Position numbers and translations under genes: made by a program. From an uncultured Chloroflexia bacterium (GTDB taxonomy: Bacteria; Chloroflexota; Chloroflexia; QHBQ01; JADMIH01), in NCBI GenBank assembly GCA_963797095.1, contig CAWCNY010000002.1:32001-96000 (forward strand): a stretch of 64,000 bases of DNA, written 5' to 3'. Below are positions 1 through 10,155 of the stretch, piece after piece. Within the stretch, counting starts at the first letter, position 1; every line of letters begins with the position of its first letter. The notes beneath the pieces were generated by a model. The model did not search any database. It saw nothing but the letters and a program-made list of their open reading frames with translations, and had not been told where the DNA came from.

Positions 1-16
1 GGCTATCGAGGACCGC

Positions 17-520
17 GTGGGCGTAGTAACCACCGGCGAGGAGTTGCTCCAGTCCGAGGTTGACCGGGTAGAGAAGCAGTCTAACGAGCAGTACCTTCTC
101 CAACAGGAGCGGCTTGAAACAGTGCGCGTCCAATTGGAAGCTCAGCTTGGCGAAATGCGCTCCGTCAACGATCAGCGTATGGACCGCATCATGTCGCGCT
201 TCAACAGCACAGACGACCGCCTGCGAGCTATCGAGCAGACCCTGGCCGAGATGCCCAGCCGCTTCGAAGCTCTCGAAAGGCGCGACGAGGTCCTGGGCAG
301 CGAAGCCGACACGATAGAGGAATGGCTGGTTGTGCGGCAATTGCAGGCTCTCGAAGCTATGCTCGACGATGTTCGCAAACGCCGAACCGACCGCGCACCC
401 ACCTTCAACCCTAAGGCCCTACCCGAACCCCCTCCCGGCTCAGTGTACAATCCTGCCGGTTTGATCAAAAGTGTTCGCGACGCCAAGCCGCCCACCGGCA
501 AGGACGAGGATTTAGACTGA
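17..520 (+). CDS. Hypothetical coiled-coil protein, probably 5'-truncated by the window edge
   Basis: Open frame continues to the window start; E/Q/R/L-rich heptad-like sequence; stops 11 nt before rsmA. Confidence 0.6.
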   Translation: MGVVTTGEELLQSEVDRVEKQSNEQYLLQQERLETVRVQLEAQLGEMRSVNDQRMDRIMSRFNSTDDRLRAIEQTLAEMPSRFEALERRDEVLGSEADTIEEWLVVRQLQALEAMLDDVRKRRTDRAPTFNPKALPEPPPGSVYNPAGLIKSVRDAKPPTGKDEDLD

Positions 521-531
521 TATAAACGTAG

Positions 532-1383
532 ATGGCAGACCACAACCGGAGCGGAAGCGGCCCCAACCTCGGCCCCAAGAAGCGCCTTGGACAGCACTTC
601 CTGCGCGACCGCTCTGTACCGCCGCGAATAGCAGACGCAGCAAATCTTCAACCTGCTGACCAAGTGATTGAGATCGGTCCCGGCCTCGGCATCCTCACCG
701 AAGAGCTTGCCCGCAAACTCGACCCGGATCGAGGCAAGCTAGTAGCGGTCGAACTGGACCAGGACCTCCTCCCCTCCCTGCGAGAGCGCTTTGCAGGCCA
801 ACCGCACGTGAGCTTCGTCCAGGCCGACGTGCTGGAAACCTCACCCACCGATCTGAGTGAGAGCCAACCTTACAAGGTGGTCGCCAACCTACCTTACTAC
901 ATCACATCGGCGATCTTGCGCCACTTCCTCGATGCCGAACACAAGCCGATTTCACTTACCGTCATGGTGCAACGCGAAGTCGCCGACCGCATGGTCGCCC
1001 AACCGCCCAATATGAGCCTCCTCGCCGTAGCGGTCCAGTTCTACGGCAAGCCGCGCACCGTATTTCGCGTTCCACCCGGTGCATTTCGTCCACCTCCCAA
1101 AGTCGATTCGGCAGTGGTCCATATAGAGGTCTATAATCAGGAGCAGAGGCCAATACACCCCTCCGGTGAGCGCCATTTCTTCCGGGTGGTCCAGGCAGGT
1201 TTCAGCCAGAAGCGCAAGCAATTAGCGAATACCATCTCCTCAGGCCTCTCAATACCGAAGGAAACCGCCAGGCAAATGCTCCTATCCGCCAACATCAGCC
1301 CCGACAGGCGCGCCGAAACGCTAACGCTGCAAGAATGGGCGAGACTGGAGGAGGCAGTAACGACGAACGACGAAGGAAGATAG
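532..1383 (+). CDS. rsmA: 16S rRNA (adenine1518/1519-N6)-dimethyltransferase
   Basis: KKRLGQHFL, IEIGPGLG SAM motif, VANLPYYIT, PPPKVDSAVV, FSQKRKQL. Confidence 0.97.
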   Translation: MADHNRSGSGPNLGPKKRLGQHFLRDRSVPPRIADAANLQPADQVIEIGPGLGILTEELARKLDPDRGKLVAVELDQDLLPSLRERFAGQPHVSFVQADVLETSPTDLSESQPYKVVANLPYYITSAILRHFLDAEHKPISLTVMVQREVADRMVAQPPNMSLLAVAVQFYGKPRTVFRVPPGAFRPPPKVDSAVVHIEVYNQEQRPIHPSGERHFFRVVQAGFSQKRKQLANTISSGLSIPKETARQMLLSANISPDRRAETLTLQEWARLEEAVTTNDEGR

Positions 1384-1452
1384 ACGAAATACGCAGTACG
1401 AAATACGCAGTACGAAATACGCAGTACGAAATACGCAGTACGAAATACGCAC
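1384..1452. repeat. Heptamer-based tandem repeat (ACGAAAT/ACGCAGT alternating)
   Basis: About five 14-nt units directly after the rsmA stop; the 7-nt periodicity starts in the last codons of rsmA. Confidence 0.95.
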
Positions 1453-1466
1453 TATAAACTTCCCAC

Positions 1467-2378
1467 ATGACCACTCCACCCACCACAACCCATACCCGCC
1501 AGGCGTTCGCCAAGCTCAATCTCTGTTTGGAGATCATCGGGCGGCGCGAGGACAATTACCATGAGATCACTTCCGTAATACAGGCAATAGATCTGTCTGA
1601 CACTCTCACATTCGCGCCTGCCGAAGACGGAGTGCTCACCCTTGACTGCGACGACCCGGCCCTGGCATCTGAGGGCGAATCCAACCTTGCGCTTAAAGCT
1701 GCCCGCCTTCTGCAACAAGCCGCAGGCATAACCCTGGGGGCGCATATCACCCTCCAAAAGTGCATACCCCTGGCGGCCGGGCTAGGTGGCGGCAGCAGTG
1801 ACGCAGCGGCTACACTCCTCGGCCTGTCCGACCTCTGGGGTCTCCGCATGGGCAAGCGCGACCTCCTCGACATGGCTTCCACTCTTGGCTCCGATGTGCC
1901 CTTCTTCCTCGAAGGTCCAACAGCCCTCGTCGAGGGCCGAGGCGAGCGCGTCACCCGCATCCCTCCCCCTCCTCCCGGCTGGGCCGTCCTCGTTTGCCCC
2001 CAATACGATCTCAAAGACAAGACCAAGCGCCTCTACTCATCCCTCACGCGCGCCGACCTCAGCGAAGGAATAGTCACACACAGGCTACTTGCCGCCCTGG
2101 TGGCTGGGACCTTTCCCGACTCCACTCTCCTCTATAACGCCTTCGAGCGCGTTGCCTACGATATCTTCGACAACCTTGCCACCACCCGCCAGACCATGAT
2201 CCGAGCAGGCGGGCGCGACGTCCACCTCTCAGGCAGCGGCCCCACCCTCTACACCCTCTACCCGGCCTCCCAGCAAACCCACGCCAGGGACCTCCACACC
2301 GCCCTGCAAACAGCCAACCTCCCAGCCTACCTCGCACAACTAATAACGACCTCCAGCAAGCGCACAAATACAAAGTAA
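1467..2378 (+). CDS. ispE: 4-(cytidine 5'-diphospho)-2-C-methyl-D-erythritol kinase
   Basis: AKLNLCLEIIGRREDNYHEI, IPLAAGLGGGSSDAAA, LGSDVPFF, LSGSGPT; rsmA-ispE synteny. Confidence 0.97.
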   Translation: MTTPPTTTHTRQAFAKLNLCLEIIGRREDNYHEITSVIQAIDLSDTLTFAPAEDGVLTLDCDDPALASEGESNLALKAARLLQQAAGITLGAHITLQKCIPLAAGLGGGSSDAAATLLGLSDLWGLRMGKRDLLDMASTLGSDVPFFLEGPTALVEGRGERVTRIPPPPPGWAVLVCPQYDLKDKTKRLYSSLTRADLSEGIVTHRLLAALVAGTFPDSTLLYNAFERVAYDIFDNLATTRQTMIRAGGRDVHLSGSGPTLYTLYPASQQTHARDLHTALQTANLPAYLAQLITTSSKRTNTK

Positions 2379-2399
2379 GCAGTACGCAGTACCCGTCCC

Positions 2400-3131
2400 A
2401 TGCCCCTCATAATCAACCAGCGTAGACCATACCATCTGTATATTGAAGCCGGAAGCGGAGGGGCCATGGCCCACATCGCCGAGTTGCCGGGCTGCTTCTC
2501 CGTAGGCTCGACCGCAGCCCAGGTCGCAGCCGCCGCGCCGGGCGCCATCACCCGCTTTCTAACTTGGCTCAAGTCGCACCGCGAGCCTATCGTGCCTGAA
2601 GCGTATGTGTTGCGCCCCTCTATGCTCGACATCTCGGTGGCCGAAGTGCGCGAAGAAGGCGCGCCCCTGACAGCGGGCAGCCGCGCCGCCCTCTTCTCTT
2701 TCGATCAGGAACCCTGGGACGATTACAAGCTGGAGCGCACCCTCCGCTGGCTCGACTACAGCCGCACCGATCTCCTGTCGAAGATCGCCGGTCTGAGCGA
2801 GGACGACCTGAAAAGCAGGCGCATAGCCCCCGCCCGCACACTCTGGCGCACCCTCCAGCACGTCGCCAACGCCGAATTCGGCTACATAATCAGGATAGTA
2901 GGCTGGTTGGACGACAAAGAACCTGTCACCGACGACCAACCCGCAGACGTGCGCGAGCGCCTGTCGGCCATACGCGAGATATTCACGCGCTATGCGCGCT
3001 CGATCCGGCCCGACAGGCGCGCCGAGGTCATCTACCCAACCTGGACAAGTAGCCCCGATGAACCCTGGACCCTGACCAAATCGATCCGCCGCGCCCTGGA
3101 ACACGAGCGCGAACATCTGGCTGAACTATAG
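2400..3131 (+). CDS. HicB-like N-terminal domain plus DinB/YfiT-like four-helix domain protein
   Basis: AHIAELPGCFSVG (HicB-like); LQHVANAE and RRALEHEREH (DinB metal-binding His motifs). Confidence 0.65.
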   Translation: MPLIINQRRPYHLYIEAGSGGAMAHIAELPGCFSVGSTAAQVAAAAPGAITRFLTWLKSHREPIVPEAYVLRPSMLDISVAEVREEGAPLTAGSRAALFSFDQEPWDDYKLERTLRWLDYSRTDLLSKIAGLSEDDLKSRRIAPARTLWRTLQHVANAEFGYIIRIVGWLDDKEPVTDDQPADVRERLSAIREIFTRYARSIRPDRRAEVIYPTWTSSPDEPWTLTKSIRRALEHEREHLAEL

Positions 3132-3234
3132 TTCCAAGTTCCAAGTTTGGAATTCCCCACTTCAATTATCAACTACCGACTACCGGGAACTCGGAACTCG
3201 GAACTCGGAACTCGGAACTCGGAACTCGGAACTT
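3131..3234. repeat. Heptamer-periodic tract (GTTCCAA x2, CTACCGA, GGAACTC x6-7) between convergent genes
   Basis: Direct reading; fills the intergenic gap. Confidence 0.92.
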
Positions 3235-3235
3235 C

Positions 3236-4318
3236 CTACTTCGGCGGCAACTGCACGAACTGATTAGTAAACATCTGTGTCACGTCGCCTTTCTTGGTGA
3301 TCAGATTGGCTTCCATCAGCAAGTCCTGTGTGGAGTTCCACACCCCTTCATCCGTCCAACCTGGGTAAGGCACAGGCGCTTTGGCCGTGGGATCGTTGGG
3401 GTTCGCCTGGAACAACTTGATCGTCTCCTGCAATATCTGCATCTGGAGCGTTTCATTCGCGCCGCCTGCGTCCGGCACCTGCTTGAGAGTCTCCTTGAAC
3501 GCTTCCGATGGGTCCGCGATAGTGTCCTGGATGCCCCTCAGCGTGGCGCGCACAACCTTCCCCACCAGAGCAGGGTTTTCTGAGAAGGTCTTATTGTTGG
3601 TGGCAAGCCCGTTCGAAGCCAACTGCACGTAGTCTGCCACCTTCAGTGTGCTGACCTTCACTCCCTGGCTCGCCAACTGCACAGGCTCATTGGCCGCATA
3701 CACCATCGCCACATCAACCTGCCCCGCCGTAAGGCTTGCCACCTGCGTAAAGCCTATGCTGTCCATCTGGATATCGGTCTGACTCAGGCCCCCGGCCTTT
3801 AAGAGCGCCAGCAATCCGGTGTATGTTGAGCCATAAGGCCCAGGCACACCCACAGTATGCCCCTTCAAATCAGCGGGCGATGTGAGGGTCGGCCCTTTGC
3901 CCTCTATCGATGCAGCGGCTACAGGGTACTGCCTGTACCACGTCATAACATACTTCACGGGCACGCCTTGCAGCCATGCCGGGATGATCTCGTCCCCCGA
4001 CACCACAGCGAAATTCACCCCGTCCGTGCCCTGCCCTAGCTGCGTGATAAGGTCGGTCACGAGGCCGTTTTGCAGGGTAACGTCTAGCCCTTCGTCTTTG
4101 TAATACCCCTTGTTGAGCGCAAGATAGAAAGGCGCGAATTGCACGTCAGGTATATACCCCAACGTAATCGTAACTTTGGTCAACTCCGCACTGGGCGAGG
4201 TTGGCGTTGGCACCCCACCCACAGGCGTAGGCGTAGTAGGCGACACATTGTCGCACCCCGCTATCAGCATGGCAACCACAACGCTCAGGCCCAGCAACCT
4301 ATAAAGCTTCCCTCTCAT
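3236..4318 (-). CDS. ribY: Riboflavin ABC transporter substrate-binding lipoprotein (NMT1/THI5-like, RibY)
   Basis: Lipobox LIAGC; LGYIPDVQFAPFY...KGYY; AGGAGG RBS before ATG 4318; downstream of FMN riboswitch. Confidence 0.85.
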   Translation of the reverse strand: MRGKLYRLLGLSVVVAMLIAGCDNVSPTTPTPVGGVPTPTSPSAELTKVTITLGYIPDVQFAPFYLALNKGYYKDEGLDVTLQNGLVTDLITQLGQGTDGVNFAVVSGDEIIPAWLQGVPVKYVMTWYRQYPVAAASIEGKGPTLTSPADLKGHTVGVPGPYGSTYTGLLALLKAGGLSQTDIQMDSIGFTQVASLTAGQVDVAMVYAANEPVQLASQGVKVSTLKVADYVQLASNGLATNNKTFSENPALVGKVVRATLRGIQDTIADPSEAFKETLKQVPDAGGANETLQMQILQETIKLFQANPNDPTAKAPVPYPGWTDEGVWNSTQDLLMEANLITKKGDVTQMFTNQFVQLPPK

Positions 4319-4386
4319 CCCAACTCCTCCTATGGTGTCCAAAATAAGCAATACGCAGTACGAAGCACATAGCTTGCGTACACGCC

Positions 4387-5331
4387 CTACTCCCAATCAA
4401 TAACTATCCTCTCAAACAGGCTCACTCCGAGATACGAAACCAGAGTGAGCAAAGCCAGTGACACCAACCCAACGAAGGTGCGCGATGTATCGAACAGGCC
4501 ACGCCCCTCCATGAGCAAGAAACCCAATCCCGAATTCGACGACACAAACTCGCCCACTACCGCACCTGTAATCGACAGCGTAAGACCTAGCTTGATGCCG
4601 CCCAGCAACCCGCGCAATGACAAGGGCAGTTCAACATACCTGATCGTCTGAAAGAGGTTCGCTCCTGATATGCGCGCTACCTCCAGCATAGAGCGATCGA
4701 TACTCCGCAAGCCCACAATCGTGTTTACCAGGATCGGGAAGAAGACGATCAGGGCCACGATCACAACCTTACGCGCCAGATCGTCCGAGATCCACAGCAC
4801 AAGGAGCGGAGCAAGCGCGACCACGGGCAAGCCCTGGCTGACCGCCAGGTAAGGGCTGATGATACGCTCAAGCAGGCGCGAATGCGCTATGGGGTAGCCG
4901 AGGCCCACGCCGAGCACCAGCGCCACCAGGAAGCCCAACCCGGCCTCCAACACCGTCGTCCTGAAATGGAGCAGCAGCGTGCCATTAAGGAGCATGGTCC
5001 AGGCGAGCGAGGCCACATCGGCGGGCGTGGGCAGCAGATATGTCGGATAATTGCCGATCACCGCCACCAGCCACCACACTACGAGCAGCACCACCAGCGT
5101 GATCAACACTCCAAGCGTCTTGCGTAAGCCCTGCCTGCCAAGCCGCACAACCGGCTCAAGCAACACCCATAGCGCCGAACGAAATATGCGCTCAGTGCGA
5201 TGAGGGACTATTGAGCGCTCTTTACCCTCACTCGCGGGCGATTGCTGGCTCAGGCTTCTCTGATCTGTCGACTGTAGGTCCGCGTCATTTGCAACGCGCT
5301 TTGCGTGTACTTTCATATCCTTAACCAACAA
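4387..5331 (-). CDS. ribX: ABC transporter permease (SsuC/TauC-like, RibX); start uncertain
   Basis: LLPTPADV, FFPILVNTIVGL, EAA-like loop EVARISGA, GAVVGEFV; first gene after FMN riboswitch. Confidence 0.85.
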   Translation of the reverse strand: MLVKDMKVHAKRVANDADLQSTDQRSLSQQSPASEGKERSIVPHRTERIFRSALWVLLEPVVRLGRQGLRKTLGVLITLVVLLVVWWLVAVIGNYPTYLLPTPADVASLAWTMLLNGTLLLHFRTTVLEAGLGFLVALVLGVGLGYPIAHSRLLERIISPYLAVSQGLPVVALAPLLVLWISDDLARKVVIVALIVFFPILVNTIVGLRSIDRSMLEVARISGANLFQTIRYVELPLSLRGLLGGIKLGLTLSITGAVVGEFVSSNSGLGFLLMEGRGLFDTSRTFVGLVSLALLTLVSYLGVSLFERIVIDWE

Positions 5332-5483
5332 GAAACCCCGGTTGCACGAGGCTTCCAGGGGTCAGATGATGTAGCAGAGTGGAGACGTGGCGGGGCCATG
5401 CCTCAATGCCTTTGGAGAGCCTGACGCGTAGCCCATCCCTCAATGGGGAGTGAGTGCTGTGTCGTGGTCTCACGCGGCTCTGC

Positions 5484-5611
5484 TGGACTTTCTTCCATCC
5501 GGACTATACCGTCGGCCCCGGCTTCCCACCGGATCCTACCTTGCGGCTCGCGGGCTTGGCCTTTTATGCCTTACCGCCGATCGGGAATTTCACCCTGCCC
5601 TGAAAGTCTGC
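5484..5611 (-). promoter_or_regulatory. FMN riboswitch (RFN element)
   Basis: Minus strand reads AGGGCAGGGTGAAATTCCCGATCGGCGGT...AGCCCGCGAG...GATCCGGTG...CCGGGGCCGACGGT..AGTCCGGATGGAAGAA, matching the RFN consensus. Confidence 0.96.
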
Positions 5612-5771
5612 TATATTCTATTAGCCTAAGTATAAAGATTCAGGGCGTAAAATTCAAGGTCCTCAGAGGCACTTGTTTTTATCTAAATGGAGTCGGATGA
5701 TTCGTCAAAGTTCCGGCAAGTCGCAATATTGGGTTGTCAAATGACTCCCCCTTATGCACGGAACTTGGCGA

Positions 5772-5817
5772 TGGCGCGCCCGGAGTGATTCAAACCCCCG
5801 ACCCTCCGATTCCGAAG
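5772..5817 (-). repeat. Degenerate 3'-half copy of tRNA-Arg(TCG); att scar
   Basis: tggcgcgcccggagtgattcaaacccccgaccctccgattccgaag is a near match to the tRNA 3' half beginning at 15498. Confidence 0.9.
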
Positions 5818-5966
5818 CTATCCACGCCTAAACGCTGGGCTTCACACGTCAATTGTGCCACATTTTAGCCGGAGTTATCGGGTGTAATTAGAGCCTCTGA
5901 TAGAACAAGGAATTCATTAATATGTGTACGAGCATCAACCGTCCGGTTATGATGTCTAGAAGAAGA

Positions 5967-8900
5967 CTAGCCTTCCGAGTTGAGAAGACGTATCTTCTCA
6001 ACTACGACTACCGGGTGCATCTTCAACGCCACCGCGTCTGCCAGCTGTAGGTCGGAAGGCGGTTGTACTCCTATTGCACGGCCCTTCCCTGTGATTTGTG
6101 CTCGCCCACTTACCAAGTAAGGGCCGTTGCCTCCTTTGGCTAGCACTTCAATATGAGCCTTGTAAGCATCGGGGAACAGCACAGTCTCTATCAGGCCGTA
6201 GCGGTCTTGCAGAGTGAGGAAGAGCATCACGCTACCGTCTTTGCACGTGTGCCTGTGACCTGCCGCCGCTATCCCCGCCACCTTTACTTCGCGTTCCGCA
6301 TACCTGTGTAGCTCCTTTGAGGGCACAGCTTCAGGCACTTCTATTAGCTCCATCTCGTTGCACGTCAGCGAGAAGCCTACCACTTCCTGTTCCAACCTCA
6401 GCTTCTCAATCGCAGTGTACTCTTCAACATGTGGCATTTCGATGCGCAAGGTGTCGTCCCCTAGAATTCTTGGACTGGCGCTGTCCTGCCTTTGCAGGAT
6501 ATCCCCCATCACACCTTGCATTCCCAGACCTACGGCTCCCTCTGAGCCGGTCGCTACAGACAGATGGGTCAGGCTATTTCGATTGGCCTGCCTTGCTGGC
6601 TTACGAGCAAACAGGAGTTGCGGGAGGAGGGCCATCATCTGTCTCCGATTCATTGAGGACAACGAGTGCGGCGAATAGACAGCTCCTATTGGCTCGCCCA
6701 TCTCACCAGGCAAGGGAGCAATTGAAGCAACAGAGGAGATAGAAGGGATAGAGGGAAGTGGAAACGGCACAGAGGAGCCTAAGTCGTCACAAGCGCCAAC
6801 CTTCACCAACGCTGTGATCTCGGTCGGGCTCATCTGTACCCTGGACATCAAATCGAGCACGGAGCGGAAATGCCCTCCACTTCGCCGCTCCGTGAGCAGG
6901 GCCGATATGGTCTTCTCCGACACCCCTTTCACGAACTGTAGGCCGAACCTTATGCTTCGAGTAGCGGGTGGCACTTCACACCAAGCGCCACTCTCGTTGA
7001 TATGAGGTAATAGCAGGCGAACGCGCAATCGCCTCGCGTCCTCCACGTACACCGATGGGCCGTAGTAGCCTCCCTGGTTGTTGAGCATGGCTGCAATATA
7101 TTCGGCTGGATAGTGAGCTTTCACATAGGCCGAACGGTAGGCTGTGAGGGCGTAGGTGTGGGCATGGGCGGCGCAGAAGCCGAACCCGCTGTAGCCTGAC
7201 ACTATCTCCCACACCTTCTCGGCCCGTAGCTGGTCGATGCCGCGCTCGATTGCGCCTGCCACGAACCGGCTGCCCAGCCTGGCGCGCTCCTCGGCTGAGC
7301 CTGCTTTGCCCAGGGCTTTGCGTAGCTGCTCGGCTTCCCCCAGCCCTAACCCGGCAAGCTGATGCACCAACTTCAAGAATTGCTCTTGATACAGGATCAC
7401 TCCGTTCGTCTCTTTGAGCAAAGGTTCCATAGATGGGTGCGGGTAGGTGACCGGCGCTTGCCCCAGGTGGCGGCGCATGAATGTTTCGAGGAAGCCTCCC
7501 TCCAATGGGCCTGGTCGGAAAAGGGACACTGCCATCGCAAGCTCGCCCAAACTGTGGGGTCTGAGCCACTTTACGAGGCCGCGCATACCTGGCGATTCCA
7601 GTTGGAAGCAGCCAAGGGTGTCGCCGTTAGCAATCATGCGGTAGGTGCGCTCATCGTCAAAGGGGATAGCTTCCAGAGCCTGCCCCACGCTATCGCTCCC
7701 TTTAGCCAGCCCTGACGCCCTGAGCGCATCCACGAGGGTGGTGAGGGCACGGCTCCCCAGCAAGTCCATCTTCACAAGGCCCAGGGCCTCTATGGCGTCC
7801 TTTTCGTACTGAGTGATGCTCATGCTCGGATCGCGAGCGGCTCGTTGGAGAGGTACGAGGTCGGCCAGGGGGATGTGAGAGGGGGTTATCACCACCCCGG
7901 CGCAGTGCATACCGGCATGGCGGGGCAGGCCCTGTATGGCGCGGGCAAGTTCGAAAGCTCGTTGTTCGTGTTCACCGCTTAGTCTGGGGGCAGAAGCTTC
8001 TTCGGAGTAGGTATCTGCTGCTTCCGTGCCGGGTTCATCTATGCCATCTATACCATCCATGCTTTCCAACCCGGTCTCTGCTTCGGCCTCCTCGTCGCGC
8101 TCCTGTTGGGAGATATGGGACAGGCGGTTTGCTATGTAGCTTATTCGCCCAGGGGTGACACCCATTGCCTTCGCCATCTCGCGCCAGGCCGAGCGCAGGC
8201 GGAAGGTGATATGAGTGCCTACTATAGCGGCGTGGTCGCGTCCGTACCGCTCGTAGACGTAGTGCAGCACCTCGTCCCGCCTGCGCCAGCACAGGTCGAG
8301 GTCTATGTCGGGTAACTCAAACTCGGCACGCTCTCGGCTCAGGAACCGCTCGAAGAGGAGGTCATGCTGGAGAGGGTCTATCTGGGTGATGCCAAGCACA
8401 TAGGCCACCAGACTATCGGCAGCAGACCCACGCGCCATGATCGGGATGTCGCGGGAATGGGCGAAATGCACGATGTCATACACGACAAGGAAGTAGGGAG
8501 AGAAGCCGAGAGACTCTATCACTTCCAGCTCGTATTTCAGGCGAGCTATCACATCCTGGGTAAGGGGACGGTAACGACGAGTGGCCCCCGCAAAACAGAG
8601 CTTCCAGAGCCTGGAAAAGGGAGTTTCACTACCTTGAAGATCTACCGACGGAAAGAGGGGTTTATGAAGAGGCAATTCGAGGTTACACTGGTCGGCTATG
8701 AACTGGGTGTTGGCTATGGCCTGCGCACCCTGTGGGTAGGCGCTGAATAGCTCTACCATCTCCTCCGCCGATTTGAAGTAGCGCTCGGTGCCCACCTCAT
8801 CTGTAAGGGAATTGCCTTCCTGGTATTGTCCATGTGCGGTCTCGAATATGTCGGGTGCATCCAGGGAGGCGCGACCCCTGGCTCCTATCCTGGCAGAGGC

Positions 8901-9689
8901 AAGAGCCAGGGCGGTATTGGCATCTTCCCGCGCCAGGTAGAGCACATCGTTGGTGGCGACGACTGGAATGCTCAGGTTATTGGCAAGCGCAATCAAGGCT
9001 GGGATAGCTGCTGTATCGTCCCGACCAAGAGCGGTAAGCTCGATAAAGAAGTTGCCCTCACCGAAGGCCGACAGGAACATACCGGCTACCTTCGCCGCTC
9101 TTTGGGACTTACCTTGCATCACCAGCGAGTTGACCAGACCGCGCCTCCCACCTGACAAAGCAATCAATCCCCTGACATGGCGTCCTGAGAGGATCATCTC
9201 TCGTGGCAGACGCACTGCTTTGAGAGGGCGGTGAGCAAGCTGTGTGCTTTGGGGAGGCGGTTTACCGGGGCGAGGTGTGAAGCCGAGCACAGGCACCCCC
9301 CATACGCCGGGTTCCCACGCCGGAATCTCGCCGCCATATTCAGTATCCTCATCGTCGTCATCGAAGCCAGCAGGAGTGAAAGCTTCGGGGTCTGAGTTGA
9401 GGCGTAGGACAGTAGAGAGGTGACATAGGTTGCGATAGCCGTCCATATTGCGAGCCAACAAGACTACGCTGGAGCCATCGTCCAGGTCAACGGACATGCC
9501 GATTATCGGTTTTATGCCAGCTTTTTGGGCGTGTATGTAGAAGGATACCGCACCATAGAGGTTATTACGGTCGGTGAGACTCAGCGCGGGCATATGTAGC
9601 TTCTTTGCTGAGCCTATCAGGTTTGGGGGCGTGGCAGTGCCTTCCAGTAGGGAGAATGCGGAATGGCAATGCAGATGGACGAACCCCAT
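5967..9689 (-). CDS. dnaE2: DNA polymerase III alpha-family (C-family) polymerase, probably error-prone DnaE2-type
   Basis: PHP HLHCHSAFSLLEG, RGSAADS, catalytic PDIDLD and KMDLLG, FQLES, C-terminal OB fold; SOS box upstream. Confidence 0.85.
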   Translation of the reverse strand: MGFVHLHCHSAFSLLEGTATPPNLIGSAKKLHMPALSLTDRNNLYGAVSFYIHAQKAGIKPIIGMSVDLDDGSSVVLLARNMDGYRNLCHLSTVLRLNSDPEAFTPAGFDDDDEDTEYGGEIPAWEPGVWGVPVLGFTPRPGKPPPQSTQLAHRPLKAVRLPREMILSGRHVRGLIALSGGRRGLVNSLVMQGKSQRAAKVAGMFLSAFGEGNFFIELTALGRDDTAAIPALIALANNLSIPVVATNDVLYLAREDANTALALASARIGARGRASLDAPDIFETAHGQYQEGNSLTDEVGTERYFKSAEEMVELFSAYPQGAQAIANTQFIADQCNLELPLHKPLFPSVDLQGSETPFSRLWKLCFAGATRRYRPLTQDVIARLKYELEVIESLGFSPYFLVVYDIVHFAHSRDIPIMARGSAADSLVAYVLGITQIDPLQHDLLFERFLSRERAEFELPDIDLDLCWRRRDEVLHYVYERYGRDHAAIVGTHITFRLRSAWREMAKAMGVTPGRISYIANRLSHISQQERDEEAEAETGLESMDGIDGIDEPGTEAADTYSEEASAPRLSGEHEQRAFELARAIQGLPRHAGMHCAGVVITPSHIPLADLVPLQRAARDPSMSITQYEKDAIEALGLVKMDLLGSRALTTLVDALRASGLAKGSDSVGQALEAIPFDDERTYRMIANGDTLGCFQLESPGMRGLVKWLRPHSLGELAMAVSLFRPGPLEGGFLETFMRRHLGQAPVTYPHPSMEPLLKETNGVILYQEQFLKLVHQLAGLGLGEAEQLRKALGKAGSAEERARLGSRFVAGAIERGIDQLRAEKVWEIVSGYSGFGFCAAHAHTYALTAYRSAYVKAHYPAEYIAAMLNNQGGYYGPSVYVEDARRLRVRLLLPHINESGAWCEVPPATRSIRFGLQFVKGVSEKTISALLTERRSGGHFRSVLDLMSRVQMSPTEITALVKVGACDDLGSSVPFPLPSIPSISSVASIAPLPGEMGEPIGAVYSPHSLSSMNRRQMMALLPQLLFARKPARQANRNSLTHLSVATGSEGAVGLGMQGVMGDILQRQDSASPRILGDDTLRIEMPHVEEYTAIEKLRLEQEVVGFSLTCNEMELIEVPEAVPSKELHRYAEREVKVAGIAAAGHRHTCKDGSVMLFLTLQDRYGLIETVLFPDAYKAHIEVLAKGGNGPYLVSGRAQITGKGRAIGVQPPSDLQLADAVALKMHPVVVVEKIRLLNSEG

Positions 9690-9773
9690 GCAGGCTTCTC
9701 CAACACACCTTGTTGAGGTAGCTCATTAGTGTTGACAGAGGGAGCGTAAATACTCTCAACTAGATACATATCA

Positions 9774-9789
9774 TAGAACATATGTGCTA
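9774..9789. promoter_or_regulatory. Putative LexA (SOS) box
   Basis: TAGAACATATGTGCTA is GAAC-N4-GTTC with one mismatch, 85 nt upstream of the polymerase start. Confidence 0.7.
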
Positions 9790-9949
9790 GTCAATAGGTG
9801 GGGCTTTGATTCGTGGAATATTGCCTGGCTGCCTTAAATCGCAAAATCGCCAAGTCATCAACTGAATCAACGTGGTGCAATCGTGAATAGTCAGGAAAAA
9901 TCGGGGAGAATCGGAATTATCGTCTGTATTTACGCACAAAACTTGGCTT

Positions 9950-9996
9950 TGGCGCGCCCGGAGGGATTCAAGCCCCCGACCCTCTGATCCGAAGTC
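9950..9996 (-). repeat. 3'-half copy of tRNA-Arg(TCG); att site
   Basis: 47 nt, one mismatch versus 15498-15544; ends just past the anticodon loop. Confidence 0.95.
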
Positions 9997-10130
9997 CGCC
10001 AGATGGGTCATTTCAGCTAATAGCAGTATGCAGAATTGTATAATTGCATGGAGTTTTGTGCTTCAAGCCGACTGTTTCAGCTAATGATTGTACCAGGCTG
10101 GATGGGGCTATACAGGGCTATGTAATTCCC

Positions 10131-10155
10131 GTTGCTACACCTGTTGCTACACCTG
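10131..10155 (+). repeat. Tandem GTTGCTACACCT x2, arm-type-like integrase sites
   Basis: Same motif occurs at 15399-15422 and inverted at 16097-16116. Confidence 0.75.

Larger units (their letters stand above)
5818..9996. mobile_element. Islet A: tRNA-Arg-fragment-bounded islet carrying only a DnaE2-like gene, no integrase
   Basis: Flanked by two 3'-half tRNA copies (5772-5817 and 9950-9996). Confidence 0.65.
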
